Assembly (NCBI GenBank): GCA_015060225.1
Contig: SUYX01000010.1
Location: forward strand, 448 to 64,447
Reading direction: 5' to 3'
Length of the DNA stretch: 64,000 bases
DNA from: Bacteroidales bacterium
GTDB taxonomy: Bacteria; Bacteroidota; Bacteroidia; Bacteroidales; UBA932
This document shows positions 1 to 8,365 of this stretch, piece after piece. The notes below the pieces were generated by a model. That model was given only the letters and a program-made list of their open reading frames with translations, did not search any database and was not told the DNA's origin. The stretch's first letter is position 1; each line of letters begins with the position of its first letter. A program made the translations under genes and the position numbers.

Positions 1-3000
1 GGGGAGGATTATTATCTTGAGGTGCAGCTGCACCGTACAGAGATACCGGGAATGACTACAGAAGTGGCAGACCTGCAGGAGATTGCAAATGCAGAGATTT
101 TCCGTATGGGTGAGCGTCTTGGCATTAAGGTAGTCGCTACCAATGATGCCCATTTTGCCCGCAAGGAGGATGGCCCTGCCCACGACCGTCTCATATGCCT
201 TACCACAAATGCCAACTATGATGACCCCAACCGCATGAGATATACCCAGCAGGAGTATCTCAAGACCGAAGAGGAGATGAGGGTGCTGTTCCCTGGCCAT
301 CCTGAGGTTATTGAGAACACTCTTGAGATTGTGGAGAAGGTTGAGAAATACAAGATAGACAGAGACCATGTGCTTCCGGTATTCCCAATTCCGGAGGAGT
401 TTCCCGACAGTAATGAATACCTCCGTCACTTGGTATATAAGGGAGCGGAGAAGAAATACAAAATCATTACCGACGAGTGCAGGGAGCGTATAGACTTTGA
501 ACTTGCTACAATTAAGAAGATGGGATTCCCGGATTACTTCCTTATTGTGCAGGACTTCATTGCCGCCGCCCGCAGCATTGGGGTATGGGTAGGTCCCGGA
601 CGTGGTTCGGCAGCCGGTTCTGTTGTAGCATATTGCTTGGGAATCACCAATTTGGATCCTATCAAATACGATTTGCTGTTTGAGCGTTTCCTTAACCCTG
701 ACCGTATCTCAATGCCAGATATAGATGTAGATTTTGATGATGACGGCCGAGGAAGGGTTCTGCAGTATGTGGAGGAGAAATATGGCAAAGACCATGTTTC
801 CCATGTGGTTACCTTTGGTACAATGGCCACCAAGAGTGCCATAAAGGATGTCGCCCGTATCCAGCAGGTCCCTTTGCAGGAGAGTGACCGTCTGGCAAAA
901 CTTGTTCCCGACAGTTTCCCTGAGCAGGTGGAGAAATATACTGATGAGAACGGCGAGGTGAAGGAGAAGACCAAGAAGGTGAAGGTGACTGTAGAGAACT
1001 GTGTGAAACTGGTACCAGAGATGAAGGAGGCGTATGAGAACTCGGATATTCCCGGTGTACATGACACCTTGGAATATGCCCAGAAACTGGAGGGTACTGT
1101 AAGGAATACAGGTGTACATGCCTGCGCCATTATTATTGGAAGGGATAATCTTACAGAGCATATCCCTATCTGTATTGCCAAGGATAAGGAGACAGGTGAG
1201 GATATGTGGGTATCCCAATATGAAGGTTCCTTTATTGAGGATGTGGGGATGCTGAAGATGGATTTTCTTGGTTTGAGGACTTTATCAATACTTAAAGAAG
1301 CAGTATCTAATGTTAAGAAATCCAAAGGGATAGACATTGATATTGAAAGTATCCCTATAGACGATAAAAAGACCTTTGAACTATTTGGCCGCGGAGATAC
1401 AGTTGCAGTGTTCCAGTTTGAGTCGCCGGGAATGCAGAAATGGCTGAGGGAACTCCAGCCGAGCCGTTTTGAGGACCTGATTGCAATGAATGCCCTCTAC
1501 CGTCCCGGCCCTATGGACTATATCCCTGATTTTGTTGCCCGAAAGAAGGGAGAGCAGGCTATAGAATATGACCTTCCTGAGATGGAGAGCATCCTGCAGG
1601 ATACATATGGGGTAACTGTATATCAGGAGCAGGTGATGCTCCTTTCCCAGAAACTGGCCAACTTTACCAAAGGACAGGCCGACGGACTCCGTAAGGCTAT
1701 GGGTAAGAAACTCATAGACAAAATGATGGAGTTGAAGGTTAAGTTTATGGAGGGAGGTACGGCCAACGGCCATCCTCAGGATGTATTGGAGAAGATTTGG
1801 AAGGACTGGACAGCATTTGCCCAGTACGCATTCAACAAATCCCACGCAACCTGCTATGCCTGGGTAGCATACCAGACCGGTTATATGAAGGCCCACTATC
1901 CTGCAGAGTTTATGGCGGCCAACTTGAGCAAGAACCTAAACAATATAGAGGAGATTACCAAACTGATGGACGAGTGCCGCAGGTTGGGTAAAAGGGTTCT
2001 TGGTCCCGATGTTAACGAGAGTGACCGCACCTTCTCTGTAAATAAGGCGGGTGATATCCGCTTTGGAATGGCTGGTGTGAAAGGTGTGGGAGGAGCCATT
2101 GTGGATTCTATTGTGGCGTGCAGGGGTGACAAACCATTTAAAGGCATTTTTGACTTTATTGAGAGGGCCTCTGTCGGCGGCAATATAAATAAGAAGACTA
2201 TAGAATCACTGGCTTATGCAGGTGCATTTGATTCATTCCCGGAGATTCGTAGGGACCAGTTTTTTACAGAGAACTCCAAAGGGGAAGTTTTTATAGAATC
2301 TTTCTGCAGATATGGACAGAAACTGCAGTCAGACACTTTGTCGGGAGGAAACTCCCTGTTTGGAGACCTGGATGAAGGGTTCAAGCCAACCCCTCCGGAG
2401 ATTCCTGCTCCAAGGGACTACAACAAGATGGAATTCCTCAAGAAAGAGAAGGAACTGGTTGGAATGTATCTCTCTTCCCATCCCCTCGACATGTACAAAT
2501 TTGAGATGGACCATTTTGCAAAGATTTCACTCAAGGATGCAGCGGAGATGGCCGCTGCTGCCAGTACAGATGCTGCATTGCGCAAGAGGGAACTCTATCT
2601 GGCCGGTCTAATCACCTCAGTGAGCAGGATGGTTTCCAAGAAGAGCGGCAAGCCGTGGGTGAAATTCTCAATTGAGGATTATGACAGCAGTGTTGAGTTT
2701 GCCCTTTTCGGGAAAGATTTTGAGACTTTCATGCCATTTTTGGAGGAGGGACAGGCTATAATGTTCAAATGTCAGATAATGCCTAAGTTTGGATTTGGAA
2801 AAGAGGAAGAGAAAGGTCCCGACGGAAAGCCGCTGCCTGTGGAGTGTGAACTTAAGATGCGCAAAATCACCCTTCTTGCCAACACCAAGGAGGAGTTCAT
2901 AAAGAAACTGACCATAAATGTGCCAATAAAGAGGTTGTCGCCGGCATTCCGCAAGGAGCTGCTCAAACAGCTGAAGGAACACAAAGGGAAAAAGATGCTG

Positions 3001-3144
3001 GCCCTCAATCTGCTTGACTATGATAAAGGGTACTCGGTGGAATTCTTCTCCCGTAAATTCAAGGTGGATGTAAATCCTGGGCTGCTGGACTTCCTTGCCC
3101 ACCATAACCTTGAGTTTAAGGTTGAGTCTGATGTATATCTATAA
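1..3144 (+). CDS. dnaE: DNA polymerase III alpha subunit, C-terminal ~1047 codons; the 5' end lies left of the window
   Basis: Frame 1 is open from base 1 (GEDYYLEVQLH...), so the GTG at 22 in the ORF track is internal. Pol III alpha motifs are present: GPGRGSAAGS, DIDVDFDDD, ALYRPGPMDYI, FNKSHATCYAW. A C-terminal OB-fold-like tail follows. Confidence 0.93.
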   Translation, partial: GEDYYLEVQLHRTEIPGMTTEVADLQEIANAEIFRMGERLGIKVVATNDAHFARKEDGPAHDRLICLTTNANYDDPNRMRYTQQEYLKTEEEMRVLFPGHPEVIENTLEIVEKVEKYKIDRDHVLPVFPIPEEFPDSNEYLRHLVYKGAEKKYKIITDECRERIDFELATIKKMGFPDYFLIVQDFIAAARSIGVWVGPGRGSAAGSVVAYCLGITNLDPIKYDLLFERFLNPDRISMPDIDVDFDDDGRGRVLQYVEEKYGKDHVSHVVTFGTMATKSAIKDVARIQQVPLQESDRLAKLVPDSFPEQVEKYTDENGEVKEKTKKVKVTVENCVKLVPEMKEAYENSDIPGVHDTLEYAQKLEGTVRNTGVHACAIIIGRDNLTEHIPICIAKDKETGEDMWVSQYEGSFIEDVGMLKMDFLGLRTLSILKEAVSNVKKSKGIDIDIESIPIDDKKTFELFGRGDTVAVFQFESPGMQKWLRELQPSRFEDLIAMNALYRPGPMDYIPDFVARKKGEQAIEYDLPEMESILQDTYGVTVYQEQVMLLSQKLANFTKGQADGLRKAMGKKLIDKMMELKVKFMEGGTANGHPQDVLEKIWKDWTAFAQYAFNKSHATCYAWVAYQTGYMKAHYPAEFMAANLSKNLNNIEEITKLMDECRRLGKRVLGPDVNESDRTFSVNKAGDIRFGMAGVKGVGGAIVDSIVACRGDKPFKGIFDFIERASVGGNINKKTIESLAYAGAFDSFPEIRRDQFFTENSKGEVFIESFCRYGQKLQSDTLSGGNSLFGDLDEGFKPTPPEIPAPRDYNKMEFLKKEKELVGMYLSSHPLDMYKFEMDHFAKISLKDAAEMAAAASTDAALRKRELYLAGLITSVSRMVSKKSGKPWVKFSIEDYDSSVEFALFGKDFETFMPFLEEGQAIMFKCQIMPKFGFGKEEEKGPDGKPLPVECELKMRKITLLANTKEEFIKKLTINVPIKRLSPAFRKELLKQLKEHKGKKMLALNLLDYDKGYSVEFFSRKFKVDVNPGLLDFLAHHNLEFKVESDVYL

Positions 3145-3173
3145 AAAAGTGCAGGAGCTCCTGCACTTTTTTT
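3145..3173. terminator. Bidirectional intrinsic terminator between convergent dnaE and thiL
   Basis: Perfect 20-nt palindrome AGTGCAGGAGCTCCTGCACT (3148-3167), flanked by an A-run on the left and a T-run on the right. Confidence 0.7.
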
Positions 3174-3193
3174 ATGGGTTCCTTCCCGATATT

Positions 3194-4282
3194 CTAGTAT
3201 CCTTGTGCCCTCAGAGCAATCTCTGCCCCTTCTGGAGTTACCAGTGAGGCTCCGGCCTCAGGTTTGCACAGGTGGCCTATGATATCAACATTAGGGAACT
3301 CCTTGTGGAAGCGCTCATGCTCCTGAACCGGCACTGCAAAGAGGAATTTGTAGTCGTCTCCGCCGTTGAGGGCTGCAGTTATGGCATCCATGTTGAGCTC
3401 ATCTGCCATTGCAAATGTCTGTGAGGCAATGGGAATTTTTGCCAGATAAATCTTTGCTCCCACATTATGCTCTTCACAAAGTTCTTTGACAGTAGCGGCC
3501 AGTCCGTTGGTTATGAAGTAGCCGCAGGCCGGGAAAAGTTTGGCCTCCTTGAACTGTTCTGTAGTTTTTGGGTTTATCTCGGGGCTGAGGTATTGGCTCA
3601 GGATATATTTGTAGCGGCTCAAATCGGGCTGTACGTATTCTGCAGCGCGTTCTGCAGGGATACGGTTGAAGGCGATTTTCTCCCTCTCAAGCACATGCAA
3701 TCCCATATATGCGGCACCTACATTGCCGGTAAGACATAAAAGACAGGTGTTGTCAACAGCAGGTACGGTGGCGGCTGTCTTTGCACTTTGCACGCCACAT
3801 GCTGTAATTGCTATATTCAGACCTGTCATTGAGGCTCCAAGATCCAGGGACAGTTGTGCAATATTGTGCTCTTTGCAGGCTGCCAGTACTCCGCCCCAGA
3901 ATTCGGAGATGTCCTCTACACAGAATCTTGCCGAAAGGCCCAGTGAAAATGAAAGACCCTGGGGATTGTAGCATTTTGCATATATGCCGCCCATAGCCAG
4001 CAGTGAGGCCTTGTATCCCAGATGCTTGAGTGGGGTATATGTGAGGTCAAAATCAATACCTTCAAGCATTGTTTTCTGTACTGTAAGGAAATTGTTCACA
4101 TCTTTGGTGCGCCCAGCTCTGTCGGGAATACGCCCGGCGAACATCTGGGAGGTGGAGTTGTTGTATTGTGTACCTTCAAAAAGTCTCTTGATGAGGGCAA
4201 CTTTGCCAATTTCACTGATTTGTGTCCTTTTTGGGGCAGAGTTGTTCTGTTGAGTACCTTTTTCTAGTGATTCTGTGTTCAT
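3194..4282 (-). CDS. thiL: Thiamine-monophosphate kinase (AIR synthase-related fold)
   Basis: 362 aa with an ATG start. ISEIGKVALIKRLF at the N-terminus and LNGGDDYKFLFAVP near the C-terminus parallel E. coli ThiL GEFSLIARYF and LSGGEDYELCFTVP. Confidence 0.78.
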   Translation of the reverse strand: MNTESLEKGTQQNNSAPKRTQISEIGKVALIKRLFEGTQYNNSTSQMFAGRIPDRAGRTKDVNNFLTVQKTMLEGIDFDLTYTPLKHLGYKASLLAMGGIYAKCYNPQGLSFSLGLSARFCVEDISEFWGGVLAACKEHNIAQLSLDLGASMTGLNIAITACGVQSAKTAATVPAVDNTCLLCLTGNVGAAYMGLHVLEREKIAFNRIPAERAAEYVQPDLSRYKYILSQYLSPEINPKTTEQFKEAKLFPACGYFITNGLAATVKELCEEHNVGAKIYLAKIPIASQTFAMADELNMDAITAALNGGDDYKFLFAVPVQEHERFHKEFPNVDIIGHLCKPEAGASLVTPEGAEIALRAQGY

Positions 4283-4299
4283 AACCGTGTATTTTTTTA

Positions 4300-4307
4300 C
4301 AAAAATA
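4300..4307 (-). promoter_or_regulatory. Bacteroidota -7 box TATTTTTG for thiL
   Basis: The minus strand reads TATTTTTG (TAnnTTTG consensus) about 18 nt upstream of the thiL ATG. No clear -33 TTTG. Confidence 0.35.
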
Positions 4308-4319
4308 CCTAAAATGGTT

Positions 4320-4327
4320 TAACTTTG
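4320..4327 (+). promoter_or_regulatory. Bacteroidota -7 box TAACTTTG for sufB, implying a near-leaderless transcript
   Basis: TAACTTTG matches TAnnTTTG and ends 7 nt before the sufB ATG at 4335. Confidence 0.4.
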
Positions 4328-4334
4328 CGCTGCG

Positions 4335-5771
4335 ATGAGTAAAAATAACGAGATAATTGAAAATATTGCCAATGCTGAATATCAGTACGGCTTTGAATCC
4401 AATATCAATCAGGAGTTTATACCCAAGGGACTCAATGAGGATATCATCAGGCTCATCTCTTCAAAGAAGGGGGAGCCGCAGTGGTTGCTGGAGTTCCGTT
4501 TGAAGGCTTTTGAGCGCTGGAAGAAGATGGAGATGCCCAAGTGGGCCCATCTGGATATTCCCGAGATTGATTATCAGGATATAATCTATTATGCTGCACC
4601 ACAGCCAAAGAAGGAGGTTACGGAGATTGATCCGGAACTGGCGGAGACTTTTGAGAAACTCGGTATTCCCCTCCACGAGAGGAATGTCCTTGCCGGTATG
4701 GCGGTTGATGCAGTGTTTGATTCTGTATCTGTGAAGACCACTTTCCGTGAGACATTGGCTGAGAAAGGGGTGATTTTCTGCTCTTTCTCTGAAGCAGTGA
4801 GGGATTATCCGGATCTGGTGAAAAAGTATCTGGCATCTGTGGTTCCGGTGGGGGACAACTATTTCTCTGCCCTCAACTCTGCAGTGTTCAGTGACGGGTC
4901 GTTCTGCTATATCCCAAAGAATACCCGCTGCCCTATGGAACTGAGCAGTTATTTCCGTATAAATGCCAAGGGTACAGGACAGTTTGAGAGGACTCTCATA
5001 GTGGCCGATGAAGGTTCGTATGTGAGTTATCTTGAGGGGTGTACCGCTCCTCAGAGGGATGAGAACCAGTTGCATGCTGCTGTTGTGGAGATTGTGGTGA
5101 TGCAGGATGCGGAGGTGAAGTATTCTACAGTCCAGAACTGGTATCCTGGAGACAAGGAGGGTAGAGGTGGAATTTACAACTTTGTTACCAAGAGGGGTAT
5201 ATGCAAAGGGGCAAACAGCAAGCTGTTCTGGGCACAGGTGGAGACTGGTTCTGCAATTACCTGGAAATATCCCAGCACTATCCTTAAGGGTGACAACTCT
5301 ATAAGTGAGTTCTATTCGGTAGCGGTTACAAACAATTACCAGCAGGCGGATACCGGTACCAAGATGATACATATTGGCAAGAATACCAGCAGCCGTATTG
5401 TGAGCAAGGGCATTTCTGCAGGACGGAGCCAGAACAGTTACAGGGGTCTGGTGAAGATTCTTCCTGGTGCCGAGAATGCACGCAACCACTCGCAGTGCGA
5501 CAGCCTTCTCCTTGGAGACAAATGTGGGGCGCACACTTTCCCTTATGTTGAGAGTGAGAACCCTACAGCGGTAGTGGAGCATGAGGCCACCACTTCAAAG
5601 ATTGGTGAGGACCAGCTGTTCTATTGCCAGCAGAGGGGTATAAAGGCTGAGGATGCTGTGGGGCTGATTGTAAACGGTTATGCAAAGGAGGTAATCAACC
5701 AGCTCCCTATGGAGTTTGCGGTTGAGGCCCAGAAGTTGTTGCAGGTTTCGTTGGAGGGTAGTGTAGGTTAA
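4335..5771 (+). CDS. sufB: Fe-S cluster assembly scaffold protein SufB
   Basis: 478 aa of typical SufB length and sequence (EYQYGF..., ...FYCQQRGI...EFAVE...). It is followed by sufC and sufD. Confidence 0.93.
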   Translation: MSKNNEIIENIANAEYQYGFESNINQEFIPKGLNEDIIRLISSKKGEPQWLLEFRLKAFERWKKMEMPKWAHLDIPEIDYQDIIYYAAPQPKKEVTEIDPELAETFEKLGIPLHERNVLAGMAVDAVFDSVSVKTTFRETLAEKGVIFCSFSEAVRDYPDLVKKYLASVVPVGDNYFSALNSAVFSDGSFCYIPKNTRCPMELSSYFRINAKGTGQFERTLIVADEGSYVSYLEGCTAPQRDENQLHAAVVEIVVMQDAEVKYSTVQNWYPGDKEGRGGIYNFVTKRGICKGANSKLFWAQVETGSAITWKYPSTILKGDNSISEFYSVAVTNNYQQADTGTKMIHIGKNTSSRIVSKGISAGRSQNSYRGLVKILPGAENARNHSQCDSLLLGDKCGAHTFPYVESENPTAVVEHEATTSKIGEDQLFYCQQRGIKAEDAVGLIVNGYAKEVINQLPMEFAVEAQKLLQVSLEGSVG

Positions 5772-5786
5772 AAAATTACAGGAAAG

Positions 5787-6434
5787 ATGTTCAGTATAGA
5801 AAATATATTGTTTACGTTGGGAGGCCAGGGAGTGAGTCTCCTTGAGCTTCTTGCAGTTATGGCAGGTCTCACATGTGTGTTTCTTGCCACAAGGGGCAGG
5901 GTACTCAATTTCTGGGTAGGGTATCTTTATAATATCCTCCTGTTTTTCATGTTCCTGCAGAAGCATCTGTACTCCAGCATGCTGGTGCAGCCCATATCGT
6001 TTATTATCAACTTTTTTGGGCATTACAGATGGACCCATCCGGCACAGGATGAGAAGGACCGCAAGGAGCAGTTGAAGATAACTGTCCTCACCAATAAGGA
6101 AAGGGTTACATTATTGGGTATTGTTGCAGTATTCACTGTATGCTGGGGCTTTCTGCTGAGCCAACTGAATGTATGGTGGCCTGATGTGTTCCCTACTGCA
6201 AGGGCTCCGTTCCTGGATGCTTTTGTTACAGCATTTATCCTGTTGGCGCAGTATCTTTCTGCCCAGAAGAAGATTGATTGCTGGGGGGCCTGGCTGGTTG
6301 TGAATGTTACCAACATTACCCTATACATTAAGGCAGGGCTGGTGTTTATGCCGCTTGTAAGTGCAGGTTATCTTATCCTTGCATTCTTCGGGTTTGCCAT
6401 GTGGAGAAAACAGATGAAGGCACAGGAGATTTAA
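5787..6434 (+). CDS. pnuC: PnuC-family (nicotinamide riboside / vitamin) transporter; substrate not assignable
   Basis: 215 aa polytopic membrane protein. It has the PnuC-like pattern FGHYRWTHP after TM3, AQYLSAQKKIDCWGAWLVVN, and a C-terminal GFAMWRK. Confidence 0.6.
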   Translation: MFSIENILFTLGGQGVSLLELLAVMAGLTCVFLATRGRVLNFWVGYLYNILLFFMFLQKHLYSSMLVQPISFIINFFGHYRWTHPAQDEKDRKEQLKITVLTNKERVTLLGIVAVFTVCWGFLLSQLNVWWPDVFPTARAPFLDAFVTAFILLAQYLSAQKKIDCWGAWLVVNVTNITLYIKAGLVFMPLVSAGYLILAFFGFAMWRKQMKAQEI

Positions 6435-6446
6435 ATTGGAGAGATT

Positions 6447-7202
6447 ATGGAAAATTTGATTGAAATAAAAAATTTGCATGCCAATATCAATGGCAGGGAG
6501 ATTCTAAAAGGTATAGACCTTGTTGTAAAACCCGGTGAAGTTCATGCCATTATGGGGCCTAACGGTTCCGGTAAAAGTACCCTTTCTGCTGTTCTTGCAG
6601 GTAAGGAGCATTATGAGGTAACAGAGGGTACAGTAACTTTTATGGGACAGAATCTGCTGGAGATGTCTCCCGAGGAGCGCTCTTGGGCAGGATTGTTCCT
6701 TGGATTCCAGTATCCTATTGAGATTCCTGGAGTTACAAATGTGAACTTCATGAAGACTGCAGTGAATGAGCACCGCAGGCAGAAGGGGCTGGCTCCCCTT
6801 ACAGCGGCCGAGTACCTTAAATTGATGAGGGAGAAACTGGCTATAGTGGAGATGGACCCCGCTTTCTCTTCAAGGGGTGTGAATGTGGGCTTTTCAGGTG
6901 GTGAGAAGAAGAGGAACGAGATCTTCCAGATGGCAATGCTTGATCCTAAACTCGCTATCCTTGATGAGACAGACAGCGGTTTGGATGTGGATGCCCTCCG
7001 TATTGTGGCTACAGGTGTGAACAAACTCAAGAAGGCAGACAATGCTACAATTGTAATTACCCACTACCAGAGGCTGTTGGATTACATTGTACCTGATATT
7101 GTACATGTGCTTTACAAGGGAAGAATCATAAAGACAGCCGGTAAGGAACTTGCCCTTGAGGTGGAGACCAGAGGTTATGACTGGCTTATAAAAGGTGAAT
7201 AA
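6447..7202 (+). CDS. sufC: Fe-S cluster assembly ATPase SufC
   Basis: 251 aa with Walker A GPNGSGKST, ABC signature FSGGEKKRNEI and Walker B LAILDETDSGLD. Confidence 0.93.
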   Translation: MENLIEIKNLHANINGREILKGIDLVVKPGEVHAIMGPNGSGKSTLSAVLAGKEHYEVTEGTVTFMGQNLLEMSPEERSWAGLFLGFQYPIEIPGVTNVNFMKTAVNEHRRQKGLAPLTAAEYLKLMREKLAIVEMDPAFSSRGVNVGFSGGEKKRNEIFQMAMLDPKLAILDETDSGLDVDALRIVATGVNKLKKADNATIVITHYQRLLDYIVPDIVHVLYKGRIIKTAGKELALEVETRGYDWLIKGE

Positions 7203-7220
7203 TTTATCGGGAAGAGGATT

Positions 7221-8213
7221 ATGGAGAACAATTATATTTATATTCCCGACAAATCCCAGGAGGAGTTCAGGTGCCGAGTGCCTCTGAAGGATACCGATCA
7301 GGTGTTTGTGGTTGACGGACAGGGGGAGAAGATGGGGCTTTCGTTGGGCAGGGGTGAGATTCTTCCAAGGATGCTGCAGGTGATTCAGGTGAGGAGCAGC
7401 CGTGCGGCGGAGGACCTTTCATATTCTTCCGATTATGTTTTGGGAGAAGGGGCACAGGCCAAGGTACTTCTCTGTTCACATACCCTCTCTATGGAGGATT
7501 TTGTTACCCATGAGAATGTGAATGTGAAACTTGCCCAGGGAGCAGTGCTGGATATGGTTGTTATGCAGAATGAACACAACAAGTCCAGACACAGCACTTC
7601 GTTCAAGGTGGAGATGGAGGCAGGAGCGGTATTGAACCTTAATGTTATTACTCTTCATGGAGGAGAAATTTCAAATGATATAGATGTTGCCCTCAACGGA
7701 AAGGGTGGAGAGTGTAATGTGAACGGCCTTTATCTTGCAGATGGAAAACAGAGGGTTTCCACAAGGGTGAATATCTGGCACAATGTTCCGGAGTGCCACA
7801 GCTCACAGCTGTTCAAGGGAATTCTGGATGGAGAGTCTGTAACCCGTTTCAGCGGAAGGATTTATGTGGCAAAAGATGCACAGAAGACGGAGGCTTACCA
7901 GGCCAACAACAATCTGCTGGCTTCACGTACTGCCAAGGCATATACACAACCCCATCTTGAGATTTATGCAGATGATGTGAAATGTTCTCACGGTGCAACT
8001 GTGGGAAGCCTCAATGAGGATGAACTTTTCTATATGCGTTCCCGTGGAATTGAGAAGAGTGAGGCCAAGCTCCTGCAGCAACAGGCTTTTGCTTATGCAG
8101 TGTTGGAGAAAGTGGCAAATGAGAGTTTGAGGGAGAGATTACACTCACTTATGGAGAGCCGCTTGAGGGGAGAGTTTTCAGAGTGCTCAAATTGCAGTAA
8201 ACATTGTTGCTGA
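7221..8213 (+). CDS. sufD: SufD-like Fe-S assembly protein, compact form with a Cys-rich tail
   Basis: 330 aa in the position after sufC. SufB/D beta-helix core motifs are present (PHLEIYADDVKCSHGATVG, DELFYMRSRGI). It ends in ECSNCSKHCC. Confidence 0.75.
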   Translation: MENNYIYIPDKSQEEFRCRVPLKDTDQVFVVDGQGEKMGLSLGRGEILPRMLQVIQVRSSRAAEDLSYSSDYVLGEGAQAKVLLCSHTLSMEDFVTHENVNVKLAQGAVLDMVVMQNEHNKSRHSTSFKVEMEAGAVLNLNVITLHGGEISNDIDVALNGKGGECNVNGLYLADGKQRVSTRVNIWHNVPECHSSQLFKGILDGESVTRFSGRIYVAKDAQKTEAYQANNNLLASRTAKAYTQPHLEIYADDVKCSHGATVGSLNEDELFYMRSRGIEKSEAKLLQQQAFAYAVLEKVANESLRERLHSLMESRLRGEFSECSNCSKHCC

Positions 8214-8298
8214 GCCCCTGTGGAAGGGTTGTTAATTCTTTTGTTGAAAAGTATTATTTACACTTGCCCGTTGTAGGGTTAAAATGAAGTAACTTGCA

Positions 8299-8331
8299 AA
8301 CCAATTACCGTTACCGGTAGTTGGTTTTTTC
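8299..8331 (+). terminator. Intrinsic terminator after the suf operon
   Basis: AACCAATTACCG / CGGTAGTTGGTT form a 12-bp stem with one G-U pair and a 4-nt loop, followed by TTTTTT. Confidence 0.55.
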
Positions 8332-8365
8332 TTGAGCAAAATAATACAATAATAAATATAACTAT

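Noticed and set aside
534-1337. 267-aa and 169-aa minus-strand ORFs inside dnaE. Similar antisense ORFs occur at 18870-19469, 21680-22276 and 62187-62834.
   Set aside because: All lie antisense to genes with clear family motifs and have Ser/Leu/Pro-rich low-complexity translations, which is typical of frame -1 shadow ORFs.
4283-4334. Possible TPP riboswitch between thiL and sufB/pnuC
   Set aside because: The spacer is only 52 nt and is occupied by two divergent -7 boxes. No CTGAGA or pyrimidine-sensor helix elements are present.
4461-5582. 373-aa minus-strand ORF antisense to sufB
   Set aside because: SufB identity on the plus strand is unambiguous. The antisense product is low-complexity (Arg/Leu/His-rich) with no motif or promoter box.
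8214-8365. Possible cobalamin riboswitch or NrdR box upstream of the B12-dependent nrdJ
   Set aside because: I could not find a B12-box-like core or the paired stems of a cobalamin riboswitch in 152 nt. The only clear structure is a terminator hairpin for the suf operon.
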